A stretch of 64,000 nt of DNA, from the IMG/VR virus record IMGVR_UViG_2806310790_000002; one strand, given 5' to 3'. The translations under genes were made by a program, and so were the position numbers. Source of the DNA: an uncultured virus (IMG/VR IMGVR_UViG_2806310790_000002) (taxonomy: Duplodnaviria > Heunggongvirae > Uroviricota > Caudoviricetes). Below the pieces are notes generated by a model. The model was given only the letters and a program-made list of their open reading frames with translations. It was not told the origin of the DNA and did no database searches. This document shows positions 1-8,494 of this stretch, in pieces; positions within the stretch are counted from its first letter, which is position 1, and each line of letters opens with the position of its first letter.

Positions 1-1251
1 ATGGCAACTCTTAAACTTACAATTTTCAAAGCAAAAGTTTTAAAAGACGGAAGGCATAAAATAAGAATAGCTGTATGTCATAAGAAAGAGACATGTTATA
101 TTGTAACACGTTTCATTATTGATAACTTATCGCAATTCAAGGATGGACAGGTAACAAAACGGCCTGATGCTTCAATTATTAATTCTAAACTAAGAAACAT
201 GATGAACGATATGCAGAATAAACTTGATGAAATAAAGCATCAATCTCTTTATTCTTGCAAACAAATCAAAGATATGCTAGTTTCTGACTTAGAAACAAAA
301 GACAAACAGAACATCACATATCAAAAAGCATGCTCCATATTTATAGATGAGCTAAACTCCGAAGGTAGAGAAAGTTATGCTGTATTGATTGAAAGGAGTT
401 GCAGATACTTTACAGAGTTTACTAAAGGAGAAATCCCCATGTCTGATATAACTCCAAATATGATTGAAGGATTTTCAAGATACTTGAAAACCAAAAAGGG
501 CATAGGAAATACAACAATTGGGATGATGATGTCTCAAATAAAAGCCGTAATAAATAGGAATATCAATTTAGGTTCCGTAAGATATGATATACATCCATTT
601 GTAAACAAGAAAATACCTAAATCTCCGGTTCGAGAAGTAGACATATCTTTGGAAAGTCTCAATATAATAAAACATAGTAATCCAAAAGAAAAGAAATATA
701 TTGTTGCGAGAGATGTTTTTATGCTTTCTTTTTATCTTGGGGGAATGAATCTAATAGACATAATGAATACTCGTTTTGGAGATGATAAGGTAGATTATGT
801 TAGAATAAAGACTAGATTTAAAACTGAAACCGAACAACATTGCCTACTTCCTATAACTGCCCCTGCTAAAAAAATAATAGATCGTTGGATAAATAATAAA
901 ACAAAAAAACTAGACTTTGGGTATAGTTTTTCATATCACAATTTCTCAAGATATATATGTAGATCTCTTGCCATACTTGCTAAAGAATTAGGAATAAAAG
1001 AAAAGGTGGTCTTTTATTCTGCTAGAAAGTCGTTTGCTCAATACGCTTTCGATTTGGGGATACCTGATAACGTTATAGACTATTGTCTTGCACATTCAGA
1101 CAAAGGTAGAGGAATTGTAAGATACTATACAAAAACCCGATTTAAACAAGCTGAAATAGCAATAAAGAGAGTTATTGATTATATAGAAGAACCAGACAAA
1201 TATAAAGAATATATTGAAATGAAGGCAGATATCATGTTGATGAAAACATAG
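1..1251 (+). CDS. Tyrosine recombinase / phage integrase (Arm-binding + SAM-like + catalytic domains)
   Basis: N-terminal arm-binding-like segment; catalytic region GMNLID, YSARKSFA, CLAH and YY typical of Bacteroides integrases. Confidence 0.9.
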   Translation: MATLKLTIFKAKVLKDGRHKIRIAVCHKKETCYIVTRFIIDNLSQFKDGQVTKRPDASIINSKLRNMMNDMQNKLDEIKHQSLYSCKQIKDMLVSDLETKDKQNITYQKACSIFIDELNSEGRESYAVLIERSCRYFTEFTKGEIPMSDITPNMIEGFSRYLKTKKGIGNTTIGMMMSQIKAVINRNINLGSVRYDIHPFVNKKIPKSPVREVDISLESLNIIKHSNPKEKKYIVARDVFMLSFYLGGMNLIDIMNTRFGDDKVDYVRIKTRFKTETEQHCLLPITAPAKKIIDRWINNKTKKLDFGYSFSYHNFSRYICRSLAILAKELGIKEKVVFYSARKSFAQYAFDLGIPDNVIDYCLAHSDKGRGIVRYYTKTRFKQAEIAIKRVIDYIEEPDKYKEYIEMKADIMLMKT

Positions 1252-1252
1252 A

Positions 1253-1278
1253 AAAGGCAGCTTACTCGGCTGCCTTCC
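1253..1278. terminator. Hairpin between convergent genes (probable terminator)
   Basis: aaggcagc...gctgcctt inverted repeat right after the integrase stop. Confidence 0.55.
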
Positions 1279-1497
1279 CTATTTCAATTCAACAGGTTCA
1301 TTTTCCCATGTTATTTCTCGACCGAGAATTTTCTTTATTGTACCTCTAGGGAGTTCGATACATACATCATTATGCGGATTATATCCCCAACAACATTCTT
1401 CAAACCTGTATGGGATTTTATTTCCTTTCCTTTCACAATATACCTCACATTCAATAATACGTTCGGTGCCGTCTTTGTCAACACATAAGTAAGTCAT
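1279..1497 (-). CDS. Small hypothetical phage protein
   Basis: 72-aa ORF ending IELPRGTIKKILGREITWENEPVEL, a motif typical of Bacteroides phage small proteins. Confidence 0.7.
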   Translation of the reverse strand: MTYLCVDKDGTERIIECEVYCERKGNKIPYRFEECCWGYNPHNDVCIELPRGTIKKILGREITWENEPVELK

Positions 1498-1498
1498 A

Positions 1499-1747
1499 TT
1501 ATACTCCTTTCTCTATCTTCTCCTTAAACAATCTCAACTGATCTATACTAGGATGAAAAGTAGGATTCTCCCAGTTCCTAGAGATAACCGAAATCATTGA
1601 ATCCAGATACTTCCCGCAGTCGAGAATCTTCGCACATTTATCCAATTGGAACTCTCCGGAAGGATATTTCTTGTTGTCAAGAACATCCTTAGCCCATGTC
1701 AGTAACTCATTCACCGAGTCGTGGTCGTATTTCTTTTCTTCTGCCAT
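1499..1747 (-). CDS. Hypothetical protein (DUF6965-like); likely start MAEEKKY
   Basis: ORF coupled to the downstream gene; start moved to the ATG after the upstream hairpin. Confidence 0.65.
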   Translation of the reverse strand: MAEEKKYDHDSVNELLTWAKDVLDNKKYPSGEFQLDKCAKILDCGKYLDSMISVISRNWENPTFHPSIDQLRLFKEKIEKGV

Positions 1748-1883
1748 AATGTTAGTTTTCGGCAAAGGTATAAAAAATCCCGGCATATCTAATACACCGG
1801 GAGGATTCCATTTTAAAGAGGCAGTTATAAATGGAAGGAGCTATTCACCAAACATATAATCCTCAAAGTACAAGAGATTCCTT

Positions 1884-2330
1884 TTATTGAGGATCATGTA
1901 CGCCATATATTTTGGCGGGGAGAGTAAAAGAAGGGAGTCCTGTGCGGACAATCATATTTTGAATATACTCTCTAAAATAAGGCCAGATAAATACTGATAA
2001 ACTTATCTCTTTAAAAACATCAAAGAAATCTTTTGTTATTGTGACCTCTTTTAATTTACTATATCTGACTTTAAACTCTCCAGATATAGTAAATAGTTTC
2101 TCCGCATTTTCTTGCTCGCCAATTATACCATCAAACTTAAAGGAAGCTATAAAACAAGCATTACTTTCAGATTCAGAAAACGAGTATTTATCTTTAAAAT
2201 TTAAATTGATAGAACCTCCTTCTGATACACACTCAAACACCTTAACATTCCCATCCGATAGAAATATATTATCTAATTTTATGGAAGTTAATATTGAAGA
2301 ATATTCTTCTGGGGTAATTTTATTTTTCAT
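1884..2330 (-). CDS. SecB-like chaperone of a toxin-antitoxin-chaperone (TAC) system
   Basis: SecB C-terminal signature FIWPYFREYIQNMIVRTGLPSFTLP; 148 aa; immediately downstream of the antitoxin. Confidence 0.85.
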   Translation of the reverse strand: MKNKITPEEYSSILTSIKLDNIFLSDGNVKVFECVSEGGSINLNFKDKYSFSESESNACFIASFKFDGIIGEQENAEKLFTISGEFKVRYSKLKEVTITKDFFDVFKEISLSVFIWPYFREYIQNMIVRTGLPSFTLPAKIYGVHDPQ

Positions 2331-2332
2331 AT

Positions 2333-2881
2333 TTATATAACTGATTTAAATTCGGTATGTTCATAAAAACGAGATTGAGTAGCATTACAAAACAAGGTAT
2401 TTGTTTTGTAATTAATTGAATTAAGGTTCCTTAAAATCATATCATTTTGGGCAGTAATCTTTTCATCAATCTCATCTATTTTTCTTTCACATTTCAATGA
2501 AACATCATGTTGCCCAATTCCGTATGCTAATAATTGATTAACATAAGAATTGAGGGAAACACCATTCATTTTAGCTTGTTGTATCAACGAAGAATGAACC
2601 CATGAGGATGTTCTAACTGAAAATGTACCACTTGAATTTTGCTCCTCATTTACAACTTCAGGGATAGGCTCTCCTTTTTCATACAACATTTCTATAAAAG
2701 CATCTTTTTCTTCAATAAAACTATTTAAAGCAGATACTTTATCTTCTCCTATCCCATGACATGCATTTAAACCAAGCTCATTGCAGTATGCAACATACCA
2801 CTTTTCGCCATCAAGTTCTTCTTTTTTAATAATAACATTGTACTCCAATGATTTGTAGTACTGTAAATCTTTTCGTGACAT
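2333..2881 (-). CDS. hicB: HicB-family antitoxin with C-terminal extension (putative chaperone-addiction tail)
   Basis: Partial RNase H-fold N-domain (YVAYCNEL...GEPIPE), RHH domain SGTFSVRTSSWVHSSLIQQAKMNGVSLNSYV, then about 60 extra residues. Confidence 0.85.
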   Translation of the reverse strand: MSRKDLQYYKSLEYNVIIKKEELDGEKWYVAYCNELGLNACHGIGEDKVSALNSFIEEKDAFIEMLYEKGEPIPEVVNEEQNSSGTFSVRTSSWVHSSLIQQAKMNGVSLNSYVNQLLAYGIGQHDVSLKCERKIDEIDEKITAQNDMILRNLNSINYKTNTLFCNATQSRFYEHTEFKSVI

Positions 2882-2901
2882 AATTGTATTGGGTTAGTGA
2901 G

Positions 2902-3225
2902 TTATTGCTTTTTCTTTATCCTTATTATTTCAATTAACACCGGATAAAGATACTGTTTAAAATTAGTCCTCTTTATTAGGACTTCATTGCCACCTTTATG
3001 AACAACGTGTACTCCAAAATATTTGCCAGGTGTTGGAGCTAAAGGGTGATAAAATCTTTCCATAGAACCACGTGGGCTATCTTGTAATTTTGCTCCAAGA
3101 AATTCCGCAATCTTAACCACATGATTAAAAGGCAGATCCACCACAGGTGCACTATAAAGATTTTCTAGTTCTTTTTCCGCATCCTCAATAGTGGTATCAT
3201 CCGTTATTTTAAACTTAAATTTCAT
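2902..3225 (-). CDS. hicA: HicA-like mRNA interferase toxin
   Basis: DLPFNHVVKIAEFLG..RGSMERFYHP..HVVH pattern of the longer HicA subfamily; first gene of the operon, upstream of hicB. Confidence 0.7.
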   Translation of the reverse strand: MKFKFKITDDTTIEDAEKELENLYSAPVVDLPFNHVVKIAEFLGAKLQDSPRGSMERFYHPLAPTPGKYFGVHVVHKGGNEVLIKRTNFKQYLYPVLIEIIRIKKKQ

Positions 3226-3245
3226 ATAAAACCGAATTTTGGTTG

Positions 3246-3253
3246 CAAATATA
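3246..3253 (-). promoter_or_regulatory. Bacteroidetes sigma-A -7 box (TATATTTG) for the TAC operon
   Basis: Matches TAnnTTTG, about 20 nt upstream of the hicA start. Confidence 0.65.
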
Positions 3254-3353
3254 ATACCAATATTCCAATTTATAACAGAAAAAAGATAAAAAAAGTTCTT
3301 TTTCTTACTCTATTTATACTTATATTCTTTATAATATATATAAAAATCCCCGA

Positions 3354-3443
3354 CTACATAGCCAGGGACAAGCACAAAGATATAACCCTTGCAATAATTG
3401 CAAGAGGAATCAGCCAACACAACCACTTTTCTAGGCGTTCCAT
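3354..3443 (-). CDS. 29-aa hydrophobic peptide MERLEKWLCWLIPLAIIARVISLCLSLAM (below ORF-track cutoff)
   Basis: Manual translation; overlaps the previous small ORF; followed by a terminator-like hairpin and U-tract. Confidence 0.45.
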   Translation of the reverse strand: MERLEKWLCWLIPLAIIARVISLCLSLAM

Positions 3444-3529
3444 AGCATTACTAACAGAAGCCGACAGAAATCCGAGTGGTATCGGTCGTCTGCTTGTTCA
3501 AGCAATATGTCAAGCTTTTCGTTTCTCAT
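3431..3529 (-). CDS. 32-aa peptide MRNEKLDILLEQADDRYHSDFCRLLLVMLWNA
   Basis: Manual translation; overlaps the flanking small ORFs. Confidence 0.4.
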   Translation of the reverse strand: MRNEKLDILLEQADDRYHSDFCRLLLVMLWNA

Positions 3530-3680
3530 TTTCAAGTACTGAATTTATTCGTTCTTCAGTAAAACCAAAACGGGCGGCAAACTTCTTGAAAGCCCGCATC
3601 CTGTTATCCGGAATAAGAGAATACATACTATTAATAGGAGTATTGCTACTTAATGCCTTCTGAACCTGTTTCTTTTTCAT
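3510..3680 (-). CDS. 56-aa basic protein MKKKQVQKALSSNTPINSMYSLIPDNRMRAFKKFAARFGFTEERINSVLENEKRKA
   Basis: Manual translation; overlaps the end of the HExxH gene. Confidence 0.55.
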   Translation of the reverse strand: MKKKQVQKALSSNTPINSMYSLIPDNRMRAFKKFAARFGFTEERINSVLENEKRKA

Positions 3681-4119
3681 GGAATTTATGTATCAAATGT
3701 TCAACTTTACTTTTACAGCAATTACACTCACATAGTAAAGACTTCGCGTATTCCCATGTCTTTTCAATAATATCATCTCCGATATACTGAATTTCTTCAC
3801 CGTACGGATCTATCCCGAATGCCTGGCAGATATGGGTAGCCATGTGACCACATTCATGCCTCCAAGACTTTGCAAATTCTTTTGAGGACGAAGTGAGGGC
3901 AATAACCATTACTGTTTCCCGTGTCCCGAAGTTGGAGTAAGTAACTCCGGTATTCAGGTTGCCGGAGTTTATGTTATCGTATGCAGTACGGAGCATATCA
4001 CCATCGCAGCCGATAGAGTGCATATTATCCAGTATCTCTTCTGTATAATATGTATCTACTGCATAATATGCCATGCAGCTCCAGCCATACTTGGGTAATG
4101 TAAACCGTTGTCTTATCAT
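3646..4119 (-). CDS. Putative zincin-like metallopeptidase (HExxH)
   Basis: WRHECGHMATH motif followed by YGEE (candidate third ligand). Confidence 0.65.
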   Translation of the reverse strand: MIRQRFTLPKYGWSCMAYYAVDTYYTEEILDNMHSIGCDGDMLRTAYDNINSGNLNTGVTYSNFGTRETVMVIALTSSSKEFAKSWRHECGHMATHICQAFGIDPYGEEIQYIGDDIIEKTWEYAKSLLCECNCCKSKVEHLIHKFHEKETGSEGIK

Positions 4120-4122
4120 TTA

Positions 4123-4545
4123 TCAGAGCATTTCGTCCCACTCTACCGGTTCTCCGGCCGCAATCATTGTCGCATACCACCGCCGCATTGTTGTTCCGTC
4201 AGGAGCATCAGAATCATCAATCGTATCTTTTATGTACAGAGCCAAATGCGCTTCATCAGGAATGGATGATTTCAGGAAGTCAGCCTTCCCCATGTTGGCA
4301 ACATATACATAGTCATACAATACGTTATTTTCAAGTTTTATACCGTAACGAGTAAGCAATTCATCAACTTTCTCTTTTGATATCGGCTCAATACGTTCCT
4401 TTTTCCCAGAAGAAGGATTAAGCTTCTTCATCAAAGATACGGCAAATTCACACATTTTCTTATTGAAGTGCCAACCGAAGTTGGACAGATATACCTCCAT
4501 TTCTTCCGGCCTTCTGTCTCTTATATCCAAAGGTTCTCTTCTCAT
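4123..4545 (-). CDS. Hypothetical helical protein
   Basis: 140-aa ORF in operon; no motif recognised. Confidence 0.75.
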   Translation of the reverse strand: MRREPLDIRDRRPEEMEVYLSNFGWHFNKKMCEFAVSLMKKLNPSSGKKERIEPISKEKVDELLTRYGIKLENNVLYDYVYVANMGKADFLKSSIPDEAHLALYIKDTIDDSDAPDGTTMRRWYATMIAAGEPVEWDEML

Positions 4546-4594
4546 GATTTTACAAAGTTATAGGGAGTAGAAAGCTCCACTCCCTAATTAAACA

Positions 4595-4882
4595 TTAACG
4601 ATAACGGGAATAGCGTCCTGTACCGCGCACGCCACGTCTCTCGCCATAGCCACCACGGTCGCCATAACCTCCACGGTCGGAACCACCGCCATAGCCACCA
4701 CGTTCGCCCATTTCGTCATAGCGTTCATCGTCATCGTCATAATAACGTTCACGTCTTCCCATGCTTTCACCTCCGGAAAGTTCCTCGATGCACTGCATCA
4801 GTTTACCACCGTATTTGAGCATCTTTTCAGCATAGTCGGACATTTTCTCGACTTTGCTTTCTGTGATTTCAATTATCTGCAT
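4595..4882 (-). CDS. Small protein with RG/RGG-rich low-complexity C-terminus
   Basis: ERGGYGGGSDRGGYGDRGGYGERRGVRGTGRYSRYR. Confidence 0.75.
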   Translation of the reverse strand: MQIIEITESKVEKMSDYAEKMLKYGGKLMQCIEELSGGESMGRRERYYDDDDERYDEMGERGGYGGGSDRGGYGDRGGYGERRGVRGTGRYSRYR

Positions 4883-4884
4883 AA

Positions 4885-5418
4885 TTATTTACTTTTAGGA
4901 TTGTTACTACCACTTCCCAAAGCCTTGGCAAGCATATCTTTTATATCGGTAAGGGTATTTTCAACACCGGATACCTTTTGTTCAAGAACGCCGATTTTCT
5001 CTTCCTGTTCTTTTTCTTTAGCCAGTTGAGGATTAAGCTCCCTAAGCATGGAATCACAGGAGGAAATTACCTTCTCGTGATAAGGTACACTTTCTATTAC
5101 TCCTCGGCTTATTCTCAACATGGATTCCACCTCAGCATTCATTGCTTCCCGGCTTTCCGATACAACAACTCCATTCGCACCAAAATTGGCTATCGAAAGA
5201 TTTGCCGGAAGTTGTTTAAAATCAATAGTTTCCTCACCAACCTTAACCGAAACGTCAACAACTGTTTCCATATTTTGGCCATAAGTCTGCCCTGGTACAT
5301 ACTGTCCGTATTTAGGTTGTGGATTACTTACGGAAACAACCTGCCCTACTTTCAATTCAGGGTTTTCCCCTTTTTGAAGGATATAAAATATATTGGATTG
5401 TCTTAGACTCTGAAACAT
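4885..5418 (-). CDS. Hypothetical protein, beta-rich N-domain plus C-terminal coiled coil
   Basis: 177-aa ORF; heptad-like C-terminus. Confidence 0.75.
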   Translation of the reverse strand: MFQSLRQSNIFYILQKGENPELKVGQVVSVSNPQPKYGQYVPGQTYGQNMETVVDVSVKVGEETIDFKQLPANLSIANFGANGVVVSESREAMNAEVESMLRISRGVIESVPYHEKVISSCDSMLRELNPQLAKEKEQEEKIGVLEQKVSGVENTLTDIKDMLAKALGSGSNNPKSK

Positions 5419-5463
5419 AATTTATTAACTCTTTAAGGAGCGGGATTACTCCCACTCCATATT

Positions 5464-5970
5464 TTACTTTGCCTTTACAGCATTTACGCTTGTCGCTGCC
5501 GGTTCGCCATTGCTGGCAGCAGCCGGTGTTGAAGCCGTAAATTCCAGAAAACGTATAACGCCTGTGCGCTTATTAAGATAAGCAAGACGTTCCGTAGTGC
5601 CTGTAACATCTGTTCCAGTAACCGGATTGTTGTTGCTGTCTACAACAGGGACCTTTGAAGTACCTGTAGTAGTACCGGCAACTGCCAATGTCGACTGTCC
5701 TAAGTTAGGAGCTATAACATTTATAGGTAAAGCTTCTCCACCTGCCGGAACATCTGCATGAACCTTCAACAGGATTATGCTTTCGCACGGAAGTGCATTA
5801 TAGCAGTGAGGATTAATACCATAATCTACACTTGCATCCGTTAACTGAACAGCGTTCGTTGAAAGTTCGTAGATACCATTAACGTCAACTCTCCTAATTC
5901 CTCTTGCGGAACGATTCATTAGGAAAGGGCTTGGAAGCCAGTAAGGATACATTAAGTTAGGATATAACAT
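5464..5970 (-). CDS. Hypothetical beta-rich protein; likely start MLYPNLM
   Basis: ORF preceded by AAGGAGGT; in operon. Confidence 0.7.
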   Translation of the reverse strand: MLYPNLMYPYWLPSPFLMNRSARGIRRVDVNGIYELSTNAVQLTDASVDYGINPHCYNALPCESIILLKVHADVPAGGEALPINVIAPNLGQSTLAVAGTTTGTSKVPVVDSNNNPVTGTDVTGTTERLAYLNKRTGVIRFLEFTASTPAAASNGEPAATSVNAVKAK

Positions 5971-5984
5971 AATTACCTCCTTTC

Positions 5985-6962
5985 TTAGCAACCGCAAGTT
6001 CCTAATGTAGATACACCGAAGTTTACAGGAACGGAATAGTTTACAGGAACATAATTACCACTGGCCGGGCAATAAGGCATCGGGAATGTAGGCGGTTGCG
6101 CACATTCGATCTTTGCCAGACGGCTACTCAAATCACTCAACGCAGCACCAAGAGGAGCAGTAGCCTGTGCCACAATCTGCGAAGTCATTGCGGAACTCTT
6201 GAATGTGCTGTTTTCTTCACGCAAGTGGTCAATTTTGTTCTGCATTTCACGCATTTCAGCCGCACGTTGTCCAGCAAGAATTTGCTGTGTGCTGTCCTTG
6301 ATAGAGTTTTGCAAATCACAAGTCTGTCTCTGAGTTTCATATGCAACAGTAGCGAAGCCTCTTTCTTGCCCTGTAGCAACACCGTTAATGGCATTCTGCA
6401 ATGTGTTGGTCTGTTGACAGATTGCCAATCGGTTTTCGCAGCAGCATGAAGCTATCTGTTGAGCGATCTGACAGTTACCCTGTTGGATAGCATTGATAAT
6501 CTGCATTGAACTTTGTCCCACCTGATTACCAACTTGTTGAACTTGAGACATTACACCATTGATGGCATTCTGAACCTGACCGATTGAACAATTCAAATTA
6601 GTAGCCAGATTGTTAATTGCTTGTCCGTTTCCTTGAATTGCGCTCATAAGTAGCTCCCTTCCTGCATCATTGTTAATTAAGTTAGGGATACCGGCTCCAG
6701 CAAATCCGCCACCGTTACCGCCATCTCCGTTGTTTCCCCAACCGTTGCGTCCGAAAAGTGGGAACAGGAAAAAGAGGAAGATTATCCACATGAACCATGA
6801 ACCATCACCGCCAAATCCATTGTTGTTTTTACCTTGCATAGCAACTAACAAATTGGGGTCAATACCTTTCTGCTGCAATAGTGGAGCAAGCATTGCCAGC
6901 ATTCCACTACCGCCACCGTTCCCGCCTGATTCCGGGAAAACGTAAGTCTTTGTTTCACTCAT
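5985..6962 (-). CDS. Gly-rich membrane/coiled-coil protein with CCCE cysteine cluster
   Basis: Gly-rich N-terminus, hydrophobic helix WFMWIIFLFFLFPLF, long N/Q-rich heptads, SCCCENRLAIC, C-terminal TCGC. Confidence 0.8.
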   Translation of the reverse strand: MSETKTYVFPESGGNGGGSGMLAMLAPLLQQKGIDPNLLVAMQGKNNNGFGGDGSWFMWIIFLFFLFPLFGRNGWGNNGDGGNGGGFAGAGIPNLINNDAGRELLMSAIQGNGQAINNLATNLNCSIGQVQNAINGVMSQVQQVGNQVGQSSMQIINAIQQGNCQIAQQIASCCCENRLAICQQTNTLQNAINGVATGQERGFATVAYETQRQTCDLQNSIKDSTQQILAGQRAAEMREMQNKIDHLREENSTFKSSAMTSQIVAQATAPLGAALSDLSSRLAKIECAQPPTFPMPYCPASGNYVPVNYSVPVNFGVSTLGTCGC

Positions 6963-7003
6963 AATAATATACAATTATAACACGGTCAATATCAACCGCA
7001 TCA

Positions 7004-7011
7004 CAAAAGTA
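7004..7011 (-). promoter_or_regulatory. -7 box (TACTTTTG) for the Gly-rich/CCCE operon
   Basis: TAnnTTTG match about 40 nt upstream of the 6962 start. Confidence 0.55.
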
Positions 7012-7031
7012 TATAATAGAAACTGCGTAAA

Positions 7032-7328
7032 TCAGAGCTCATTTTCAAGCGATTTGCGAATATTTTGCATATATATTGCAATCATTTTGTTTGTTGTTTT
7101 TCGACTCTCAAAAGTAGATATCAGGTAACGTACACTGGCTGATGTTTTGTGAAGAAAAATGGCGATCTGTTCAGGGTACAGACCGAATTCAGTAAGGAAG
7201 AATACTACAATGGAGCGGGCATCGACAACCTCAGTCACTTTACTTGATGAAAGGATTAATTCTGTGGAAACTTCAGTTTCTTTTCCTACAAGGTTCAATA
7301 TTTCGGCAAAAATCTCTGACTTACACAT
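7032..7328 (-). CDS. DnaA domain IV-like HTH DNA-binding protein; likely start MCKSEIF
   Basis: ILNLVGKETEVSTELILSSSKVTEVVDARSIVVFFLTEFGLYPEQIAIFLHKTSASVRY resembles Bac_DnaA_C. Confidence 0.65.
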   Translation of the reverse strand: MCKSEIFAEILNLVGKETEVSTELILSSSKVTEVVDARSIVVFFLTEFGLYPEQIAIFLHKTSASVRYLISTFESRKTTNKMIAIYMQNIRKSLENEL

Positions 7329-7361
7329 GGTAATTAATTTTTTTGTTGTATTTTTGCCTTT

Positions 7362-7501
7362 GCCAATCAGTACATATACCAAAAGAACAAAAGCATACTT
7401 CGGAATGTTAAGGATATTATACCCCCTGACACAACCGATGTATGCTTTGGTGTATTAAAGTATTGATTGGCGTCAACTTTAATGTGTCGGGGGTTCTTTT
7501 T
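7362..7501 (+). ncRNA. Candidate structured small RNA
   Basis: + strand TATTTTTG box at 7349-7356; nested pairings 7362-7373/7460-7471 and 7390-7398/7440-7448; GC stem 7422-7433/7483-7493 followed by a U-tract. Confidence 0.5.
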
Positions 7502-7698
7502 ACTCTGCCCCCAAAAGAGCTACATTTGTTATGATAACCGGCCTTCTACTTACCGGATAAACTTAGTGCTTAGTATTAATTAATGTATCATTTTAGCCTC
7601 CTTTCTTTTAAAACATTTTTCCATTGGAAATTGTTATTTAAGTAAAACTTAAACTTTTCATACCGGAAACGGTCTGTGAAGATAGTAGTTCCGGTAAT

Positions 7699-8169
7699 TT
7701 ACCACATAAACAAATTATAACTCACTCCGGCACCGAAGTACAAACCACCCGGATAACCATATCCTGCCTGCAAGCCCAATCCCAAGCGTTTTCTTTTCTG
7801 TACAGGAGTAAGAGTGATGATCTTATTGTCTCTATACACTTCCATGAAGTCAAGGGTCGGCTTATATCCACTGACTACCGCCCGGTAATCATCGGTCTTA
7901 TACTCCTTGCTTGTGATCGGTATCAGTACCGGAATAGAATCTCCTTCTACGGTTCTGTCAGTCGTTGTATCTATCAGAATAGGTAGATATACCGTATCGG
8001 TACGTTTCAGAGTTTCTTTTACCGGCTTAGGGATTGTGTCTCTTACTGTGTCCCGGATATGTACGGTATCTCCTTTAATGTACACAGTTGAAGGCTCGTG
8101 CGGATTACAACGCATCCACACGAGAACACCTACAAGCAGGCAGACTAATATCCAAGGGAGGGACTTCAT
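7699..8169 (-). CDS. Membrane-anchored protein (DUF6808-like; possible spanin-like lysis accessory)
   Basis: N-terminal TM helix, repeated DTV/DTI motifs, C-terminal beta-hairpin GLGLQAGYGY...GAGVSYNLF. Confidence 0.65.
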   Translation of the reverse strand: MKSLPWILVCLLVGVLVWMRCNPHEPSTVYIKGDTVHIRDTVRDTIPKPVKETLKRTDTVYLPILIDTTTDRTVEGDSIPVLIPITSKEYKTDDYRAVVSGYKPTLDFMEVYRDNKIITLTPVQKRKRLGLGLQAGYGYPGGLYFGAGVSYNLFMW

Positions 8170-8438
8170 AGAATACTTTCGTTCGAGGTCCATTCCGGAC
8201 TAGACAACAATACATTTAAATCCTCGCCCTCATAGGTAGGATACGGAAAAGACAGCTCTTCCGTTCCGTCATCAGCAATAGTCTTAATCATCTTATGAGG
8301 GAATAACGCAGCATAGTGCTGGCATTTCATCAAGGTTTCACTCTCATTTACGCTCTTGCGAGGAACAAGGTTACGCTTGTCTATCTCATCCTGAGGGACC
8401 TCTTGCAAGTCAATTGTTGGGAATACTGTGTATTTCAT
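8166..8438 (-). CDS. Hypothetical protein
   Basis: 90-aa ORF coupled to the next gene. Confidence 0.7.
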   Translation of the reverse strand: MKYTVFPTIDLQEVPQDEIDKRNLVPRKSVNESETLMKCQHYAALFPHKMIKTIADDGTEELSFPYPTYEGEDLNVLLSSPEWTSNESIL

Positions 8439-8494
8439 AAACTTTACTATTTAACCAACTATATAATATCTATTGGGATATAAAATTCAGTGAG

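Noticed and set aside
1..1300. att site or prophage boundary
   Set aside because: The window starts at the integrase ATG; no flanking host sequence or repeated core is visible
4620..4745. Short repeats (gccatagccaccacg etc.) as a CRISPR array
   Set aside because: They encode RGGYG repeats within a CDS; no regular repeat-spacer periodicity and no cas genes
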